DNA of 64,000 nt, taken from assembly GCF_036321535.1 (NCBI RefSeq), contig NC_087437.1, positions 81,780,001-81,844,000 of the forward strand, written 5' to 3'. This document shows positions 23,390-37,199 of this stretch, in pieces. Position 1 is the first letter of the stretch; each line of letters begins with the position of its first letter. The notes below the pieces were generated by a model. That model did not search any database, was not told the origin of the DNA, and saw nothing but the letters and a program-made list of their open reading frames with translations. Source of the stretch: Camelus dromedarius. Lineage: Eukaryota. Both the position numbers and the translations under genes were made by a program.

Positions 23390-24600
23390 CTTTTCCCTGC
23401 TATAAAAGCATTACATACTAATTGTGGAGACTTCAGAAAATAAAGAAAAGTAAAAAAAAAGAAAAAGTAAAAAAAAATTGGCACTACCATAAAAAGATGG
23501 TCCCACTAAAACAAGATATATATTTTATAATTTTGATACAGTGACTTCTGCCTTTTGCTCTGTATATCCGAGGATATGTAGGCATATATACACATAGTCT
23601 CACAACTTTAAATATCTGGAATTACATATTGTATAAAAATACTTTATCTTCTGGTATTATATCATGAGCATTTTTCCATGTCAGTAGTCTTAAAAAACAT
23701 TTTTAATGGCTATATGACAAACTGTTGTTTGCCTACTATACTTATTTGTCTTCTATCATTACTTAGATTAGTTCTAAAAGTTGCTTTTGTGAACTTATTT
23801 GTAATATACATCCTTATAACATTTTATATATTTCTGATAAGAATAAATTTCTAGAAGAGAAATTATGTTGTAAAAAGGTTAGGGTCTTAACATCTAAACT
23901 GTTTTCCAGAAGGTTTTGAGGTCAATTTTAAAGTCATCAACATGTATAAAAACACCTGCTTCATCACACTCTTGCAAATACTGAGTTTTTAAACATCGCC
24001 AATAGGTAAAAATATTGCATTTTAATCTGCATTCATTTGATTATGAATGAGAGTAAATAGTTTAGTCTTTTTATTAGCCATGTGTATTTCTTATATGAGT
24101 AGAATGTTTTTAAACTTTGTTCATGTGTCAAGGAGGGTTTTAATGTTCATATACAAACAAATGTATACCAATGTGTATTAGTCTTCAAATGTTAAGATTA
24201 ATTTTTGAAATTGTTTTATCTTTCAATTTTTAAGATTATTTTTGACCTACAGATGTTTTAAATTGTAAGAAGAGCAAATATATCATCTTTTTTCACTGCA
24301 ATTATACTTTGAAAAGTTCACTCTATCCCAAAGTAGAAACTTTTATCTATTTTTTTGTTAAACCATTTAATTTTTTTTAAACACTTAAATCCTATGCAGT
24401 AGATTTTGTTGTATGGTATAAAGTGAAGCTCTAACTTTATTATCTTTTCAAATGTTTAATCAATTGTCCTAAGATCTTGCTGACCAATCCTTCCCTCTCT
24501 CATTATCTTATTATGGCATTTTCATTTAATCAAAACACAAATCATACATTTGCTTGGGTCTGGTTCCATTTATTTGCCTGTGAGTCTTCTATAGGTGTAA
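23390..24600 (-). mobile_element. Ancient L1ME-type fragment (antisense)
   Basis: Decayed reverse-strand L1 3' motifs ('tatcatgagcatttttccatgtc', 'ttttaatctgcattcatttgatta', 'ttttgttgtatggtataaagt'). Confidence 0.6.
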
Positions 24601-24814
24601 TTCTATCATTTTATTCCAAAAACCATACTGAACTACCTTCTTTTCTATTTTCCAAATGGCTGTCACAATGGGGTACAGGGAATAATAAAACAGGGAGCAT
24701 CAGATTCAGGCTGAAGTCTCTGAGAGAGAGAGAAAAGGCAGGGATGGATGGGGGTCACTAAGGATGTAGGGACAGAACTTAAGCTGTTTCTCTCAAGAAT
24801 CTCACATCACACCT

Positions 24815-25300
24815 CTGTCACTCAATAGCTGTTTGGCTTTGGGCAAGTTAATTCACCTTTCTGTGCTGTAGTTTCCTAATACATAAAATGAGGTTGTTGA
24901 GGGGTTAAATGAGTTAGTGTAAAACTCTTAGAACACTGCATAGCTCATGGTAAACATTATTATCAGTTATTTGAAGCTATCTTCTATCTCCATTATTCCA
25001 TAGAAATTACTTCTGCTAAGGATGTCAATGATTCCTTAATTGTCAAATTAATACAGGACAGGGATTAAAATTACAGGCTCCCTAGAATCAGGTGGAATTA
25101 GAACCCTACCTGTGCCATTTAAAGCTGTGTGACTTCAGGAAAGTTACTTGCTCATTCTGTGCCTTAGTTTTTTCATCTACAAAATGGGGTTATTAATAGT
25201 GCCAACCTTATAGAAGTATTACATAGAATCTTGACATGATGACTATAAATTGTTTAGCACACAGCCTGGAATACAAGTAAATTTTCAGGAAATGGTCATT
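24815..25300 (+). mobile_element. Two MIR fragments (24815-24965 and 25075-25300)
   Basis: MIR cores 'ttgggcaagtta...tttcct...taaaatgagg' and 'gctgtgtgacttcaggaaagttactt...ctgtgccttagtttt.tcatctacaaaatgggg'. Confidence 0.75.
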
Positions 25301-25544
25301 ATAACCATCATCTTACCTGATTGCCTTGGGGCATTTGACACTGATGTTAACCCTCAACTTTTTGATACTCTTTCCTCCTTTGTGTTTTGGCACATTATGG
25401 TTTGGTTCTCAACCCATCACTTCATGCGTCCTCTTTTTTTTTTTTTTTTACCTATATCCTGTAAGATGCTGGAATTCTTCAAGGTGTCCTCCACTACCCT
25501 ACTCCTTGGTGACCATACATGTTCTTGATGTTCTTTCTTCTAAG

Positions 25545-25755
25545 CCAAGAGTTGGCAAGTTTTTTTTTTTATTAGAGGACTGGACAGTTAATACTTTAGG
25601 TTTGTGGACCATATGATCTCTGTTACAACTACACATTGAATCAGGAAAGCATCCATTGAAAATATGTAAATAAGTGGGCATGGTTATGTTACAACAAAAC
25701 TTTATACACAAAAACAGGCAGTCAGAAAATGGACCGTAGTTTGCCAACTCCTCCT
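25545..25755 (+). mobile_element. MER58A DNA transposon
   Basis: 'caagagttggcaagtttt...ctctgttacaactac...gggcatggttatgttacaacaaaacttta...cgtagtttgccaactcct' with ctaag-containing flanks typical of hAT target sites. Confidence 0.8.
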
Positions 25756-27084
25756 CTAAGTGGTTGTTACAGCTCAGGTATCCTTTGATTAGACTACCCA
25801 TCAGACTACATCTGTCCTCCCTACTGGACGGTGGGCAACCTGAAAGCCTGGTGTCCTTCCATCCTTGCACATTCTGCTTGTAGCCTAGAATCTGGCAGAT
25901 GCATTAAATCAACATCTGCTGAAACATGAGATGACCACATAAATATCAATCTTAAGAGTTAAAACCTTTGTTGTGCAGTAAAGAAGGCATTTCTTCCATG
26001 TGAACCCTTCAGTAGCTACCAAAACAAACTATAGGGGAGATCTCATGGCCTGTATAACACACTGAAATGTCTAGTAGAATTAATCTTTCTTTCCCAAATG
26101 TGAAAGGAAAATTCAGATCCAGGAAATTCACAATTTCAAGGACCAAGTAATATTGCAGACATCAAAATAGAGCTGTCCAGCGTGATCTATAAAACAGGAC
26201 ACATTTTATAGGAATTGAGAAACAGCTGTTTCCCCATTTCTGTTTTTAAAAAGGGAATAGCTATAGGGCTCAGGGGTATATGCTAAGCATATGGAAAAAT
26301 TTATTTGTTTAAAGAAATGTGACATGGAGCTGGCAAAAGGCTCAGTTTGTAAGAGATAATGTCCTGGTGGGTGAAATGAAGAGGATAAGAAGGATATGTA
26401 CAGAGTCGTTTCAGTATTGTGATTAATGAAAAAGGAAACACCAATAAACACTGAAGGGAAGAAAAGAAAAGTAAAGCTGAAGCTGAAAAAGAACTGAATG
26501 TGCTCTAGGGAAGACACTAGCTGCAAAAACCAAGTATCACTTGCAATAATAATGGCTTTAGTAAAATAAATTTTAGATAAAGATGACACTGGTTTAGGGG
26601 AAAATACGGAAAACAAAATTTCAGTCAAAAGTAACAGTGTGAATATTGAGTTTCTCTAAATATAGTGTAGAGAATCCTTATAGAACTAATACTACCTGGA
26701 AAATATATTAAAGACGCTGGAGGAGAATTTTAAACTTCTGGAATATACTTAGAAATAGGTAACAAAGAAGCATGTTTAACTTTTTCCTTTTAATTTCCAT
26801 GTTCAAACTTAACCAGTACTAATATTTTTAGTATAATTAAACATTTGCTGAACTCCCTTTATGAAAGATTACTCATTTTGGGTGACTCAACATATTCTCT
26901 CAAGTGGCAATTACCAGGCAGCGCTCTTTAGAATTTTATAAAATCATAAAATCACTATTGCTGTGAAAAAAGGACCTAAGATTTTCTTAAAAAGAACAAA
27001 GTTAATGTTGGTTTTCTTCAGCTTTCTACTTCCTCTTGTCTCTTAAGAATTATGAAAAGATTCATTATGTGGCTACTTGGACAT

Positions 27085-27220
27085 TAATTCATTCATCCTT
27101 TAAATATTTAATGAGCTCCTGCTATGCACCAGGTACTGTGCTAAGCCCAGAGGAGGCAAGATGAGTAAGCTACTGTCCTCTTACTCTGAATAGCTAACAA
27201 TATAGTGAGAACAACAGACA
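27085..27220 (-). mobile_element. L2 3' end
   Basis: 'attcattcatc...atatttaatgagctcctgctatgcaccaggtactgtgctaag'. Confidence 0.7.
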
Positions 27221-27269
27221 TGTGTATAAGCAATTAAAATGCAACGTGATGCTACAGTGATAGAGAAGA

Positions 27270-27860
27270 GACATGCAGTGGTCAGGGACTTGGGGTGGGG
27301 GAAGAGTGGGATTATAAAGGGAGCACCAGGGAGTTTTCTAAGCTGATGGGACTGTCTGCACACACTGATTATGGTGGTGGTCATATATGTTTAAGTATGT
27401 TAAAATTTACAGACCTGTATGTCAAAAGAAAAAAAAGGATAATTTTACTGTACAACAATTTAAAAAATAAAAACCACAACGTGATAGATGCCTGACAATA
27501 GGAGAACAGATAAACTCTGGTTATTCACACAATGGAACACCACTGGGCAATAAAAGGAATGGACTACCGATAAATCCAACAATATGGATGAGTCTCAAAA
27601 GCGTTACCGAGTGAAACAAGCAGGATGCAACAAATCACATCCTCTGCGATTCTATTTATCTTAACTTCTAGAGTAGGCAACATTCACATGGGAAAGCAGA
27701 TCAGTGGTTGCTTCTGTATGGGAGGGTGTGGGTGGGGTAGGGATTAACTGGGAAGGGACCTCAGGGAACTTTCAGGTGTGACTTAAATGTTCTAGGTCAA
27801 AACTGACTGAACTTAAGATTCAAGTAACTCAATACATGTAAATTATACCTCAATAAAAAT
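27270..27860 (+). mobile_element. Old L1 3' UTR fragments
   Basis: 'ataaactctggttattcacacaatggaacacc...atggatgagtctcaaa...gatcagtggttgc...aaattatacctcaataaa'. Confidence 0.7.
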
Positions 27861-30800
27861 ATGCATTTAGCTCTCTTGGCTTGTCTTTCAAAACACAATT
27901 TCTGATTGTGTTTTAAGTTGAAAAACAACAACAATGACAAAAACATTAACAACTTCTCTACCATATGTTATCATTTTCTTTTTAAGATAAATTAGAATTT
28001 CATTTGGTTTCTTAATGAAATAAACATAATATCTAATAATACATCTTATGACAAACATTATTAAAATGCAAGTGCAGAGTATGCAGCAGTAGGGGGCCTA
28101 GGAGGGCAGAACTCTGCACTTCGCTGGAGTGAGAATCTGTTACGAGGGAAGGCATTCACAAAGAAGTGAATCTCCTCAGGATGTTGAAGAAAGAGTGGGA
28201 GTTCAATGCACAGATCAGGAAAGGAAATGGCATTCCTGAACAACATGTGCAAAGTCACAGACGTGAGAGGGCTGGGGGATGTCCTTCTGGGTGAGGTGCA
28301 CACAGGGGTGTTCTGGGAAATGAAGCTGTAAGGAGGGCGGGGCCCAGATTGTAAAGATCACCCCCTTCCCTCCCCAGCCCTCCAGTATATCAGTGCGAAG
28401 CACTTTTTGTGGACGGTTTAATTGAATCCTCATAACCATCTCCATTTATCAGAACTGGGGCTTGGCAAGGTGCACAGTCTTGCCGAGGTCCCTTGACCAT
28501 TAAGCCTTCCCACACAGACAGCATGGGCTTGCTCTTGTCCTTAATGCTGTGCTGCCTCCTACTTGCCATTTTGGAGTGTTTGCCCTTGACCATGGTACTG
28601 ATGGGATCTAAGGGAAGCTTTTACCTGTCCAGCGTCTGCTTTAAAGAGAACTGGCCTCTGACAAGAATGGATCATTTGGGCTGTGGTTCTCAGTCTTTTC
28701 CTGCCCCAATTCCCTTGAGAATTATTTCTAATATCGTTGATAACAATGGCTAAGCAGTGATCACCAAAGGTTGTCAGCTGTCTTCATACCCCTTATTCTA
28801 TAAACACTGCTCCTGCCAAGAGGTTCTAATTTTGGGACTAGGTCAGAAATTAAATGATTACTCTGTAAATCTCTAAGTGGGAGACAGTATAAACTTGGGG
28901 TTCCCAACTCTAAGTGGGAACATGTATGGAGTGGAAGGGCTGGTACCGGGGAATTCTGTGCAGATGTCTGAGAAACTGAGGTACATAGGATTTGCTGACC
29001 AGCTATTTTCCAGGTCTTGGTGATGATCTGGATTTCTGTCCCCTGTACCAGCTCAGATATGGAACTGTCAGGGTTGGAGGTTTCAGAGCCATCCTTGAAG
29101 AAAGGACTTTGCCTCTGTGGTGCTCTAAAGATTATGGTTCTCTGCTAGAGGCGACAACAAGAAGGCTCTCAGAAAAGCCTGGTCCTTGATCTCAGATACT
29201 TCTTAGGAAGCTTCTTCTACTGAACGGAGATGAAGATTGAGTCAGGACTTGGCATTGGTATTGGAGAGTTGCCTTAATTAATAATGGCTTGAAAATAATC
29301 ACAATGAAGCTGCACAGAGCTCTATAACTTATAAAGCGTGTTCAATTTCACTATCTAAAAATAATTTTGAGCTCCACAAAAATGTTGGATGGAGGTCAGC
29401 TGAGAAACCGAGGCTTACAGAGGTTAAATTGCTGACACTTGTGTAGTCTTACTTTTTTCCCACAGTTCTCTCCCTCCCTCTCTGCCCAACATTCTTCTTT
29501 CATTTTAAAAAGGTATCTAGCTATTAGAGTTAACTACAGGCCACCTTATTCCAGAAAAGATTTAAGGCAGCTTTCAAGGCTAGACAAAGAAAGATAGTAT
29601 AAAGTAAAGGTAGGAGTGAACCTGAAAGGAAAATAAGAATTAGAACTGAAACCAATCCAAGAGTTACACTAAAGATGTTACAATGACCTATATATTTGCT
29701 ATTGATGAGGCACAAATTGGACTCTTTAAGTTTCTAGTTGCCAATGTGACAAAAGGAAATCTTGTCACTATTCAGAGTAGCCATAGGCTAAGAACAATAA
29801 CAGCAGCAACAACAAAAACAATCAATTCCTCAGAAGTACGTTTTTAGGTTCTTAATAATTACAGCACAAGTGAAAATGCACAGCAAGCAACTTCCTTTGA
29901 TAATTTAACAGCTTTGAACGAGGCCTTGAAAGGTGATTCTGGGTCTCACACAAGGGAACCTACCATGTCATGTTTTAAAGAACATGAAAAGAACACCATC
30001 TCTCTGAACTCCTGTAGCAAACTGTATTTACAGAAATCAAAGGGGGTGAGACCCGCCAGAGAACTCTTTAGTTGTTTGAAACAGTTTCAGGACCCAGGGA
30101 GACAGGCAGGGTGACTATTTCCATACTTGCTACAGGGGAAGAGACAAAAACCCACTGACTGTGCTGCAGGAAGATACAGGTCTTCAAAGAGATATTTCAT
30201 AAACTGTTTTAACTTCATGATTAGGAGACTTGGTAGCAAACATCAACATGACCTTTGATGTCTTACATTCCTTACGATGATTGTTTTCAACATAGAAAAG
30301 AGTTATTTTGGGGTGCCATTTTCTGTGTTTGTACATCTTGCTGCCTTCAGGCCCCAGGGCCAGGATTTATTTATGTTGGCTATTTTATAATTTCTTCACT
30401 CAATCCTCCAGTTTCCTTACTTTTATGCCAAGGAATGAACACAGAGTTTTTCCTTTTTATAATTTATATATGCAGAAAATACATCCAAGTCAGGAATGCC
30501 CCTTTCATCCACCAGAAGAGTCTGGGGCAACCTGACTCATCGACAGGACAAGCCTAGAAATAGAAAAGGCAATCTGGCTGAAAGGGGAAAGGCGAGTGGA
30601 AACTTCTAAACCAGCATACCGCTAAGGTGCTACGTCATATTCTCTGAGGTCAGTGATTAGAGTCAAGTTACAGCCCAAACAAAATCCTGCCTGCTAATTG
30701 CTTGACCCATTACAATATTTATTTCATTGAGCGAGATGCCCAGCCATGACTCCCAAGTGTGGGCTTGGGGGCAGATGGAAGAAAGCAGACAGCCAGAGAA

Positions 30801-33800
30801 ATATCAACCCCTTTCTTTTACAAATAGATGCGTCTCCCAGGCCCCTAACTGAAATGATTATTTCCCAACTCTCTAAGTGAGAAATCAGATGTGTTATGCT
30901 CCTCCCTTTCCAGCAAAATGAGGCACTTGAGATCAAGGAGATATTTAGCAAACTGTATAAGATGCCTGAAGAAACTGAGTTGTGTTTTGTCATGAGAAGT
31001 CCTGCAGTGAGATGGTAACAAAACCACCCTCTGCATGGGAAAGAGGAGGAAGGCCGGGCATGACTGGTGTGGCTAGAATGGTGTAGGTATACATCTTTGG
31101 ACTTCTGAAGATGGATCTCCCTCAATAAAGACATTCAGAGTGGCAATAAGAAGGAATGCCACTTGCCACATGGAGATGGAATAATGAGAGTGCCATGAAT
31201 AGGAATGACTCTAAAATACAGGGAATAAATTAGGACAACAGCCTTTACTTAAAGAAGGTGTCAAGCAGTGCCCGAGGGGTTGATGGGGGTGAGGAACAGT
31301 GGAAACAGTTGATCTGAAAGCTGGTATCTGACCACGTAAGACTCACCAATATTAATACTAAAAATAATGATGTCAGCAGGTGCTTGCTGTCACCTTTGTT
31401 GAGTGACTGCTCTGTGCCAGGCTCTGTACGGCTCCCAGCTAGCCCTTTGCCAATGGGGATGCTTTTCCCCCTACAGGATGTCCTTGATGTTCAAGTAAGC
31501 TAATGGCACCTGAATAACAAAGCTGGGCGATGGGGACTGTGAGGATGGAGAGTGATCTACCTCACGACTGGTTTGCAGCTGGCCCTGAATCACGAGGCTG
31601 CTGAGAAGGTCAGGGTCGCCAGCTGTATGACTTGGCGGCTGATGGGAAGGCCTGAACTCCCAAACCTCATGCTTTCTCCATAGTTCTCATTGCTGCCCCC
31701 AAATCGACACATGGTTAAAGAAAAGAAGGGAAAGAGTGATGCCTATAGCCAAAGTGTGCAGTTTAATGGCCAGAAACCAGACTTGTCACATGTAATCAAA
31801 TCATCATAGGATTGGTGACAGAGTTAAGACAGTTGAAAAAACAGTTGCTAGTCCAACTTCCAATTTTCAAGTTATTGTTGGGGCTGAAATTTCTCTCACC
31901 TCAAGAGTTTTTATTTTGGAAAATCTCCAAAGCACAGTTTTAGCCATATTTGGGTAATTGAAACACGAAAAAAAAATAGCAGTGTCTTTCAGCCACGTTA
32001 AACTCTAACCAGATGCTCTTAAAAACCTATATTGCATATACACAGTACCTTTTATTCTAGTGGAGAGTCATTTTATTCACTCCAAACTGTATCCATCATA
32101 GATTGAAAATACTAACTCTTAGAGGCCATGGTAACTGGCCAACACATACCATCTCCAGAGAGGAAGTAAAGAGGACGCCATTGGTCTTTCTAACTCTCCC
32201 TCTCTACTCACCTCTCTACACCACTGGAAATTCAAGTCAAGTCAACTTAACAAACATTTACCAAAAATTTTCTGTGTACCAGGAACAAAGCTGAAGAAGA
32301 GTGGAAAGTTGGCATGAATTTAACCAACTTGCAAAGTGAAAATGACGTGTAGAATTCTTGTTTAAAAAAATAGGGCCATGACCCTGCCTGAATGGCTCAC
32401 CTGACTGTCTGGCTCATCTAAAAGACAGTGTTTCTAGCGCTCTCCTCTGACACGTAAAGAAGGCATTCTCCTCCCTCTCCATCTCTGCTACAGTTTTCTT
32501 TTACTTTCTACCACAGCACTATTCCAAGTTAAAATTATCTGATTTATTTGTTAACTTTTTATTTATTTGATCCCTCCCTTACACTTTAAATTCCAAGGTG
32601 GCAGGATCCAATAACATCTGTTTTTTGGTTATATCTCCAGTGTGCCTGGATGTAACAGATGTGCAATAAATAATTGCCAAATGTATGAATGAAGTGAATA
32701 TAACTGCAAAGAGTAAATTGAAAAAAAACAATAGAAGGCCATCTTTTTATTTTATGTTTTTACCACCACAGATACTATTATACTACTGTAAATCTTGGAG
32801 TTCTGTTAGAGGTTTTCATGGATTCATTTCAACCAGGACCACCCTGACTGAACTTGAGAATCTAAAAGAATGAAGACCTAACTTACGGCTACAATTAGAA
32901 AGTTTCAAAATGAATGCTTTATAACACCAGGTTTGGCATACAATATATTCTGAATAAGGGGGGATTAGCCCTTTCTCATTTGAGACATTTGCGGTTGAAA
33001 GCAGAGTTGCTATTATGTAAGTAGAATGGTGTTCCTTAAGAAAAATTACAAAAGAACCTTAAAGTCAAGCAACAGAACACTAAGAATGGAGATGGTACAA
33101 TGTATTCCTGGGAAGCTATTGCGAAGCTGCTCCGAGTGGAACACCCTTGTCACCTTGCCATTTGGCCCTGACCTGGGATGCCAAACAATGGAGTTGCCTG
33201 GAAACTCAGAAATATTCTGGGTACAAGGTCTTCCTCCCCAACCCTGCCCAGTGGCTATAAAGCAGATCTTGAATCTTCACACTGTGTTCTGTCTGGTTCT
33301 TTGGCCAGTAAGAACCATGTCTGTCCTGGCCACACCAGAAAATGTGGCCTAGAATTGAATTCCTGCTTAGGGATGCTCTCTGGAGCGCCCTGGCTACTCA
33401 TCTACTGAATGTACAGCAGCCATTCTCCAGTCACCTCCTGATTTGCTCAGCCCTTAGGATCAATCTTTCTCTGGTTTCCTCAGTGTATTTAATTTTTCTG
33501 TTAAGACTATAGCTGCTCAGCACCTAGTTTATTTGGAAGGGGTTCAGCTTCCTTGCGTAATTCTTGTCTTTCCGTGTCTCCAGCTTCCTATTCCCTAGTT
33601 GCTGCTTGGAATCTGGCCCCAAATTAGCAGCCCACCTGGAATCATGCTGTAGCCACCTGCCCAGATCCTCCCTGCAGGGCTGAAACACCCAACTTGTAAC
33701 CTAGGCTGCTGGTCCCCATGCTGGGGCAGCCTCACCCATTTCTCATTCCCACCCCACAGAGGTCCTAGGATCATTCATCAGTAAAAGTGCATCGAGATGA

Positions 33801-35196
33801 CTCTCATGGCCCCCTCAGAGCACAGAGATAACCTTGCTTAAATCTAGGGATCACTTTGGGGAAGCTGTGACACAGTGGTTTCTTTAAGGCTTTATGTCAG
33901 GTACAGGGCACCCAGTGGTGTGAAATTTAAACCTGAGTTACACAATTTTCATGAATAAAACAAGAGGCTAAAATTAGATGAGCACCGAGTTTCTTCTCAG
34001 ATGAAACATTCCAGGGTCCCATGAGAAGGCCTTCTGGTTCCAAATCCTCTAATTTTCTGCTAAAATGCCTGGTGGCTCCCCACTGTCTACGGAGTACAGT
34101 TATAACACTTGGCACCAAAACAACAAGGTCCTTAACATTCTGGACCCAAAAAAAGATTCCACGTTACTTAGGACAAAGTTGGACACCACACTCGTGTCCT
34201 CTGGGCATGGGAGCAGTGTGCCATTGCTGAGCCCATCATGTGCTTTCTTGCCAGCGTGCCTGTGCTTGCATGGTGTCCTCTGCCAAGCGTGCCCTCGTCC
34301 TTACCCTTTCCCTGGAAGAAAGCTCCTCCTCCTCCTCCCCCAAGGTGTCTAGGTCATGTATCCCCACCCCCACCTCCACCCCATGCAGTCTCCCTGACCT
34401 GCAGTTCAAGTAGACTCAAACAGCATTATGTTTAGCCCTACATTATTTTTATATTTATATAAAATTATATAAATTATATTTATATTTTATTTAATGCACA
34501 GTGCATTAAAATTAGAATTTTGTTGTGTGCCTCTTCTACTAGTTTCTGAGTTTTACATGGTATATTGTGGCCACTCAGTAAATGTCTGTTGAAGTGAACT
34601 GAAAATTGTGTGCTTATACCTGTATACCTGTCCTTGAGGCTATCAGAGACTACCGATATCAAGGCAAGATTTGAGCTGAAAACTTAAACAAGCTCTCGGC
34701 TGACCTAACATCTGTTTTATAAGATGTGCCATTAGAAAGGAAAACAAGACTGGAATGAAATAACATTTTTAAAGAGAAGAAAGGCTGAGAGGGGAGAAAG
34801 ATTTCTAACTCATGCATTTTCTTGTTCACAAAGGAACTTTCTAGCCAAGGAGAAAACATTAATCCAATTTGAGATGTTGTTAGAATGATTTCTTCTCTCC
34901 TTTTTTCTCTAGCTTGGAGAGAACTAGTACCCATTTGGAAAAGTAATTGGATGCAAAGTGAAGAGAGCTATGCAGTGATACATATCAACAAAGCTATTGA
35001 GTGATGATAGCCATGCCAAGAGAAAAGCATTACATAATGACATCAAAATAGGATACTTGAGGAATGTCTTAGAGCTAAAACAGCTGTCACCTGGTATTTT
35101 GGCATTCTTGAAGTATATGAAGAAATAGGGCCTGGAAACTGAAAAGTACAAATTATTTGTAACAACATGGTTCTGAAGTCAAGAATGTGTTTTCCT

Positions 35197-35496
35197 AAAA
35201 AAAATATGAAAACAAATATATGTATGTGTATACATGACTGGGACATTGTGCTGTACAGCAGAAACTGACACACTGTAATTGTACTTCAAAAAAAAAAAAA
35301 AGAACAGATAAACAACAAGGACCTACTGTATAGCACAGGGAACTATATTCAATTTCTTATAATAACATATAATGAAAAAGAACCTTAAAAAACGTATGTA
35401 TATGTATAACTGAATCGCTTTGCTGTACACCTGAAACTAACATTATAAATCAATTACACTTCAATTAAAAATAAAATTTAAAAAAATGTAAAAATG
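35197..35496 (+). mobile_element. Two tandem artiodactyl L1 3' termini within one TSD pair
   Basis: First: 'tatgtatgtgtatacatgactgggacattgtgctgtacagcagaaactgacac' + poly(A). Second: 'gataaacaacaaggacctactgtatagcacagggaactatattcaat...gctgtacacctgaaactaac' + A-rich tail. Imperfect TSD aagaatgtgttttcct (35181-35196) / aagaatatgtttcct (35497-35511). Confidence 0.8.
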
Positions 35497-35725
35497 AAGA
35501 ATATGTTTCCTCATCTTTTTTTTTTTTAAGTGAATCTGCTGGCATAATTTTCACTGCAGAAAAATGTGAAACCTTGAAATACATATAATTCCAAAACACT
35601 GCCCACAGGTGGGCTTCAAAGGAAGAGAAAGGTATCCCTCATTATACCAGGTTTTTCCTAAACAGACCTGTTTACCTGGAGTTATTTTTCTATTTTGTGG
35701 ATTATTCAGACCTTTTATTTTTATG

Positions 35726-35763
35726 AATAATAATAACAACAACAACAACAACAACAACAATAA
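35726..35763 (+). repeat. (AAT)n(AAC)n microsatellite
   Basis: Directly visible; followed by a short duplication of 'aatcccacctta'. Confidence 0.9.
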
Positions 35764-37199
35764 ATCCCACCTTAATATATAATAATAATCCCACCCTTAG
35801 AGAATATGAAGGTGAGGAAAAAATGTGAAATTTAAATCTGTCAATTTTGCTGCTGGTAAATGTCTGTTAGGAAAAACCCTGGAATTTAAAAATGACTGAT
35901 CCAGTTGGGAAGAGACAAGTATGCTGCCAATTACAAAGAAGCGAGATGGAGGGTAAGGTGCAATTAAGCTTTGGGTTCTTGGGAGTACCAAGGAGGTACA
36001 TGATCCACCTGGGGCGGGGAGAGGACAGTGGGAAGGATGGGTCTGGAATCTGAGTCAAGAAAAAGTGAGGCATGTCCAGGAACACTGTCTCTGATGTCCT
36101 GTGATCCAGCTCTGCTGAGACCCCTGCATTTCTTTTCATGATTCATAGAAACAAACAAAAAAAGGACAAACAGTTTAAAATGAATTTAAACCTCTCATAT
36201 TTTCAAGAACTGATATGAACATATCTCTCAACACCTTGTAGACATCTGCAGTGATAACTATTAGTAAGAGCTGAGCAAAAAAGCATAGAATTGGGTTTTC
36301 CTGGATCATTTTCAAGCCATCAATGGAGAGACTCACAAGATACTAGTGCTAAAATAGATCTAAGGTTTCTTTCAATGCAAAATCTTTACAGAGGAGGAAA
36401 CAGAAGCTCCAGGTCAATGAAAAAATGACCACTAAAAGACTATGAATATTCTTCTTGTTATTTCCCTTCTGTACTTGGTTGCTTGGTTACCTGTGAGTGG
36501 GTGGGAATAGGAACCTTTAGACCTTTAGAGAATCTGTTCTGCTTATGAATACGTATTTGCAATTCCATCAGCTATCTGTTCTGCCAGAGAATTACAAATC
36601 AGCCCAACAGTCCTCTCTTTCCTCCCCCTGTAAATACCCATTTTCTGTAGACACTGTGATAGATTTTTCCATGAAGATACAGATGCCTTGAAATATAGAA
36701 AGAGCATAGGAATCTTACCTTCTTCCTTTACCTTCCTTTTTGTTTAGAAAATATTATTTTGCAGAAGTGTGAAACCTGGCTGATAGGATCATGGAAAGAT
36801 GGTAACCAAATTATAGTCATGGCTATAACCAGTGAACTAATGAGGAAAAAGGTCAAGAGATATTCAGAGGAATCCTGGTGAAATTTTCTCTTGTTCGAAG
36901 CTTAAGCAAGACAAGATGGCTTTAAGTTGCACTAGGATGGATTTCTTCTTGAAATAAGATGCTGATAATGCCTATAAAACAAACCAATTGATTAGAAAAA
37001 TACATGTCTACCATTTCTATTAGTCCTTAGGCTCTGTGGTATAAAGCATATGTGTTTTTTTAAGCACATCAATTACAGTACCTGTAAATGAAAGTTAAGT
37101 ATTAATAAATGAATAAAAATAAAAAAAGAAAATATTATTTCTCTTCCTTTTCCTGGAGGGATTAGGACTGATGGGGCTTAAAAGACTGTAAGGATTGAG

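Noticed and set aside
31477..31494. Apparent 18-nt plus-strand microexon (ccccctacag|GATGTCCTTGATGTTCAA|gtaagc, DVLDVQ)
   Set aside because: It lies upstream of the only plus-strand promoter identified and seems embedded in a decayed antisense MIR, which commonly yields such splice-like motifs.
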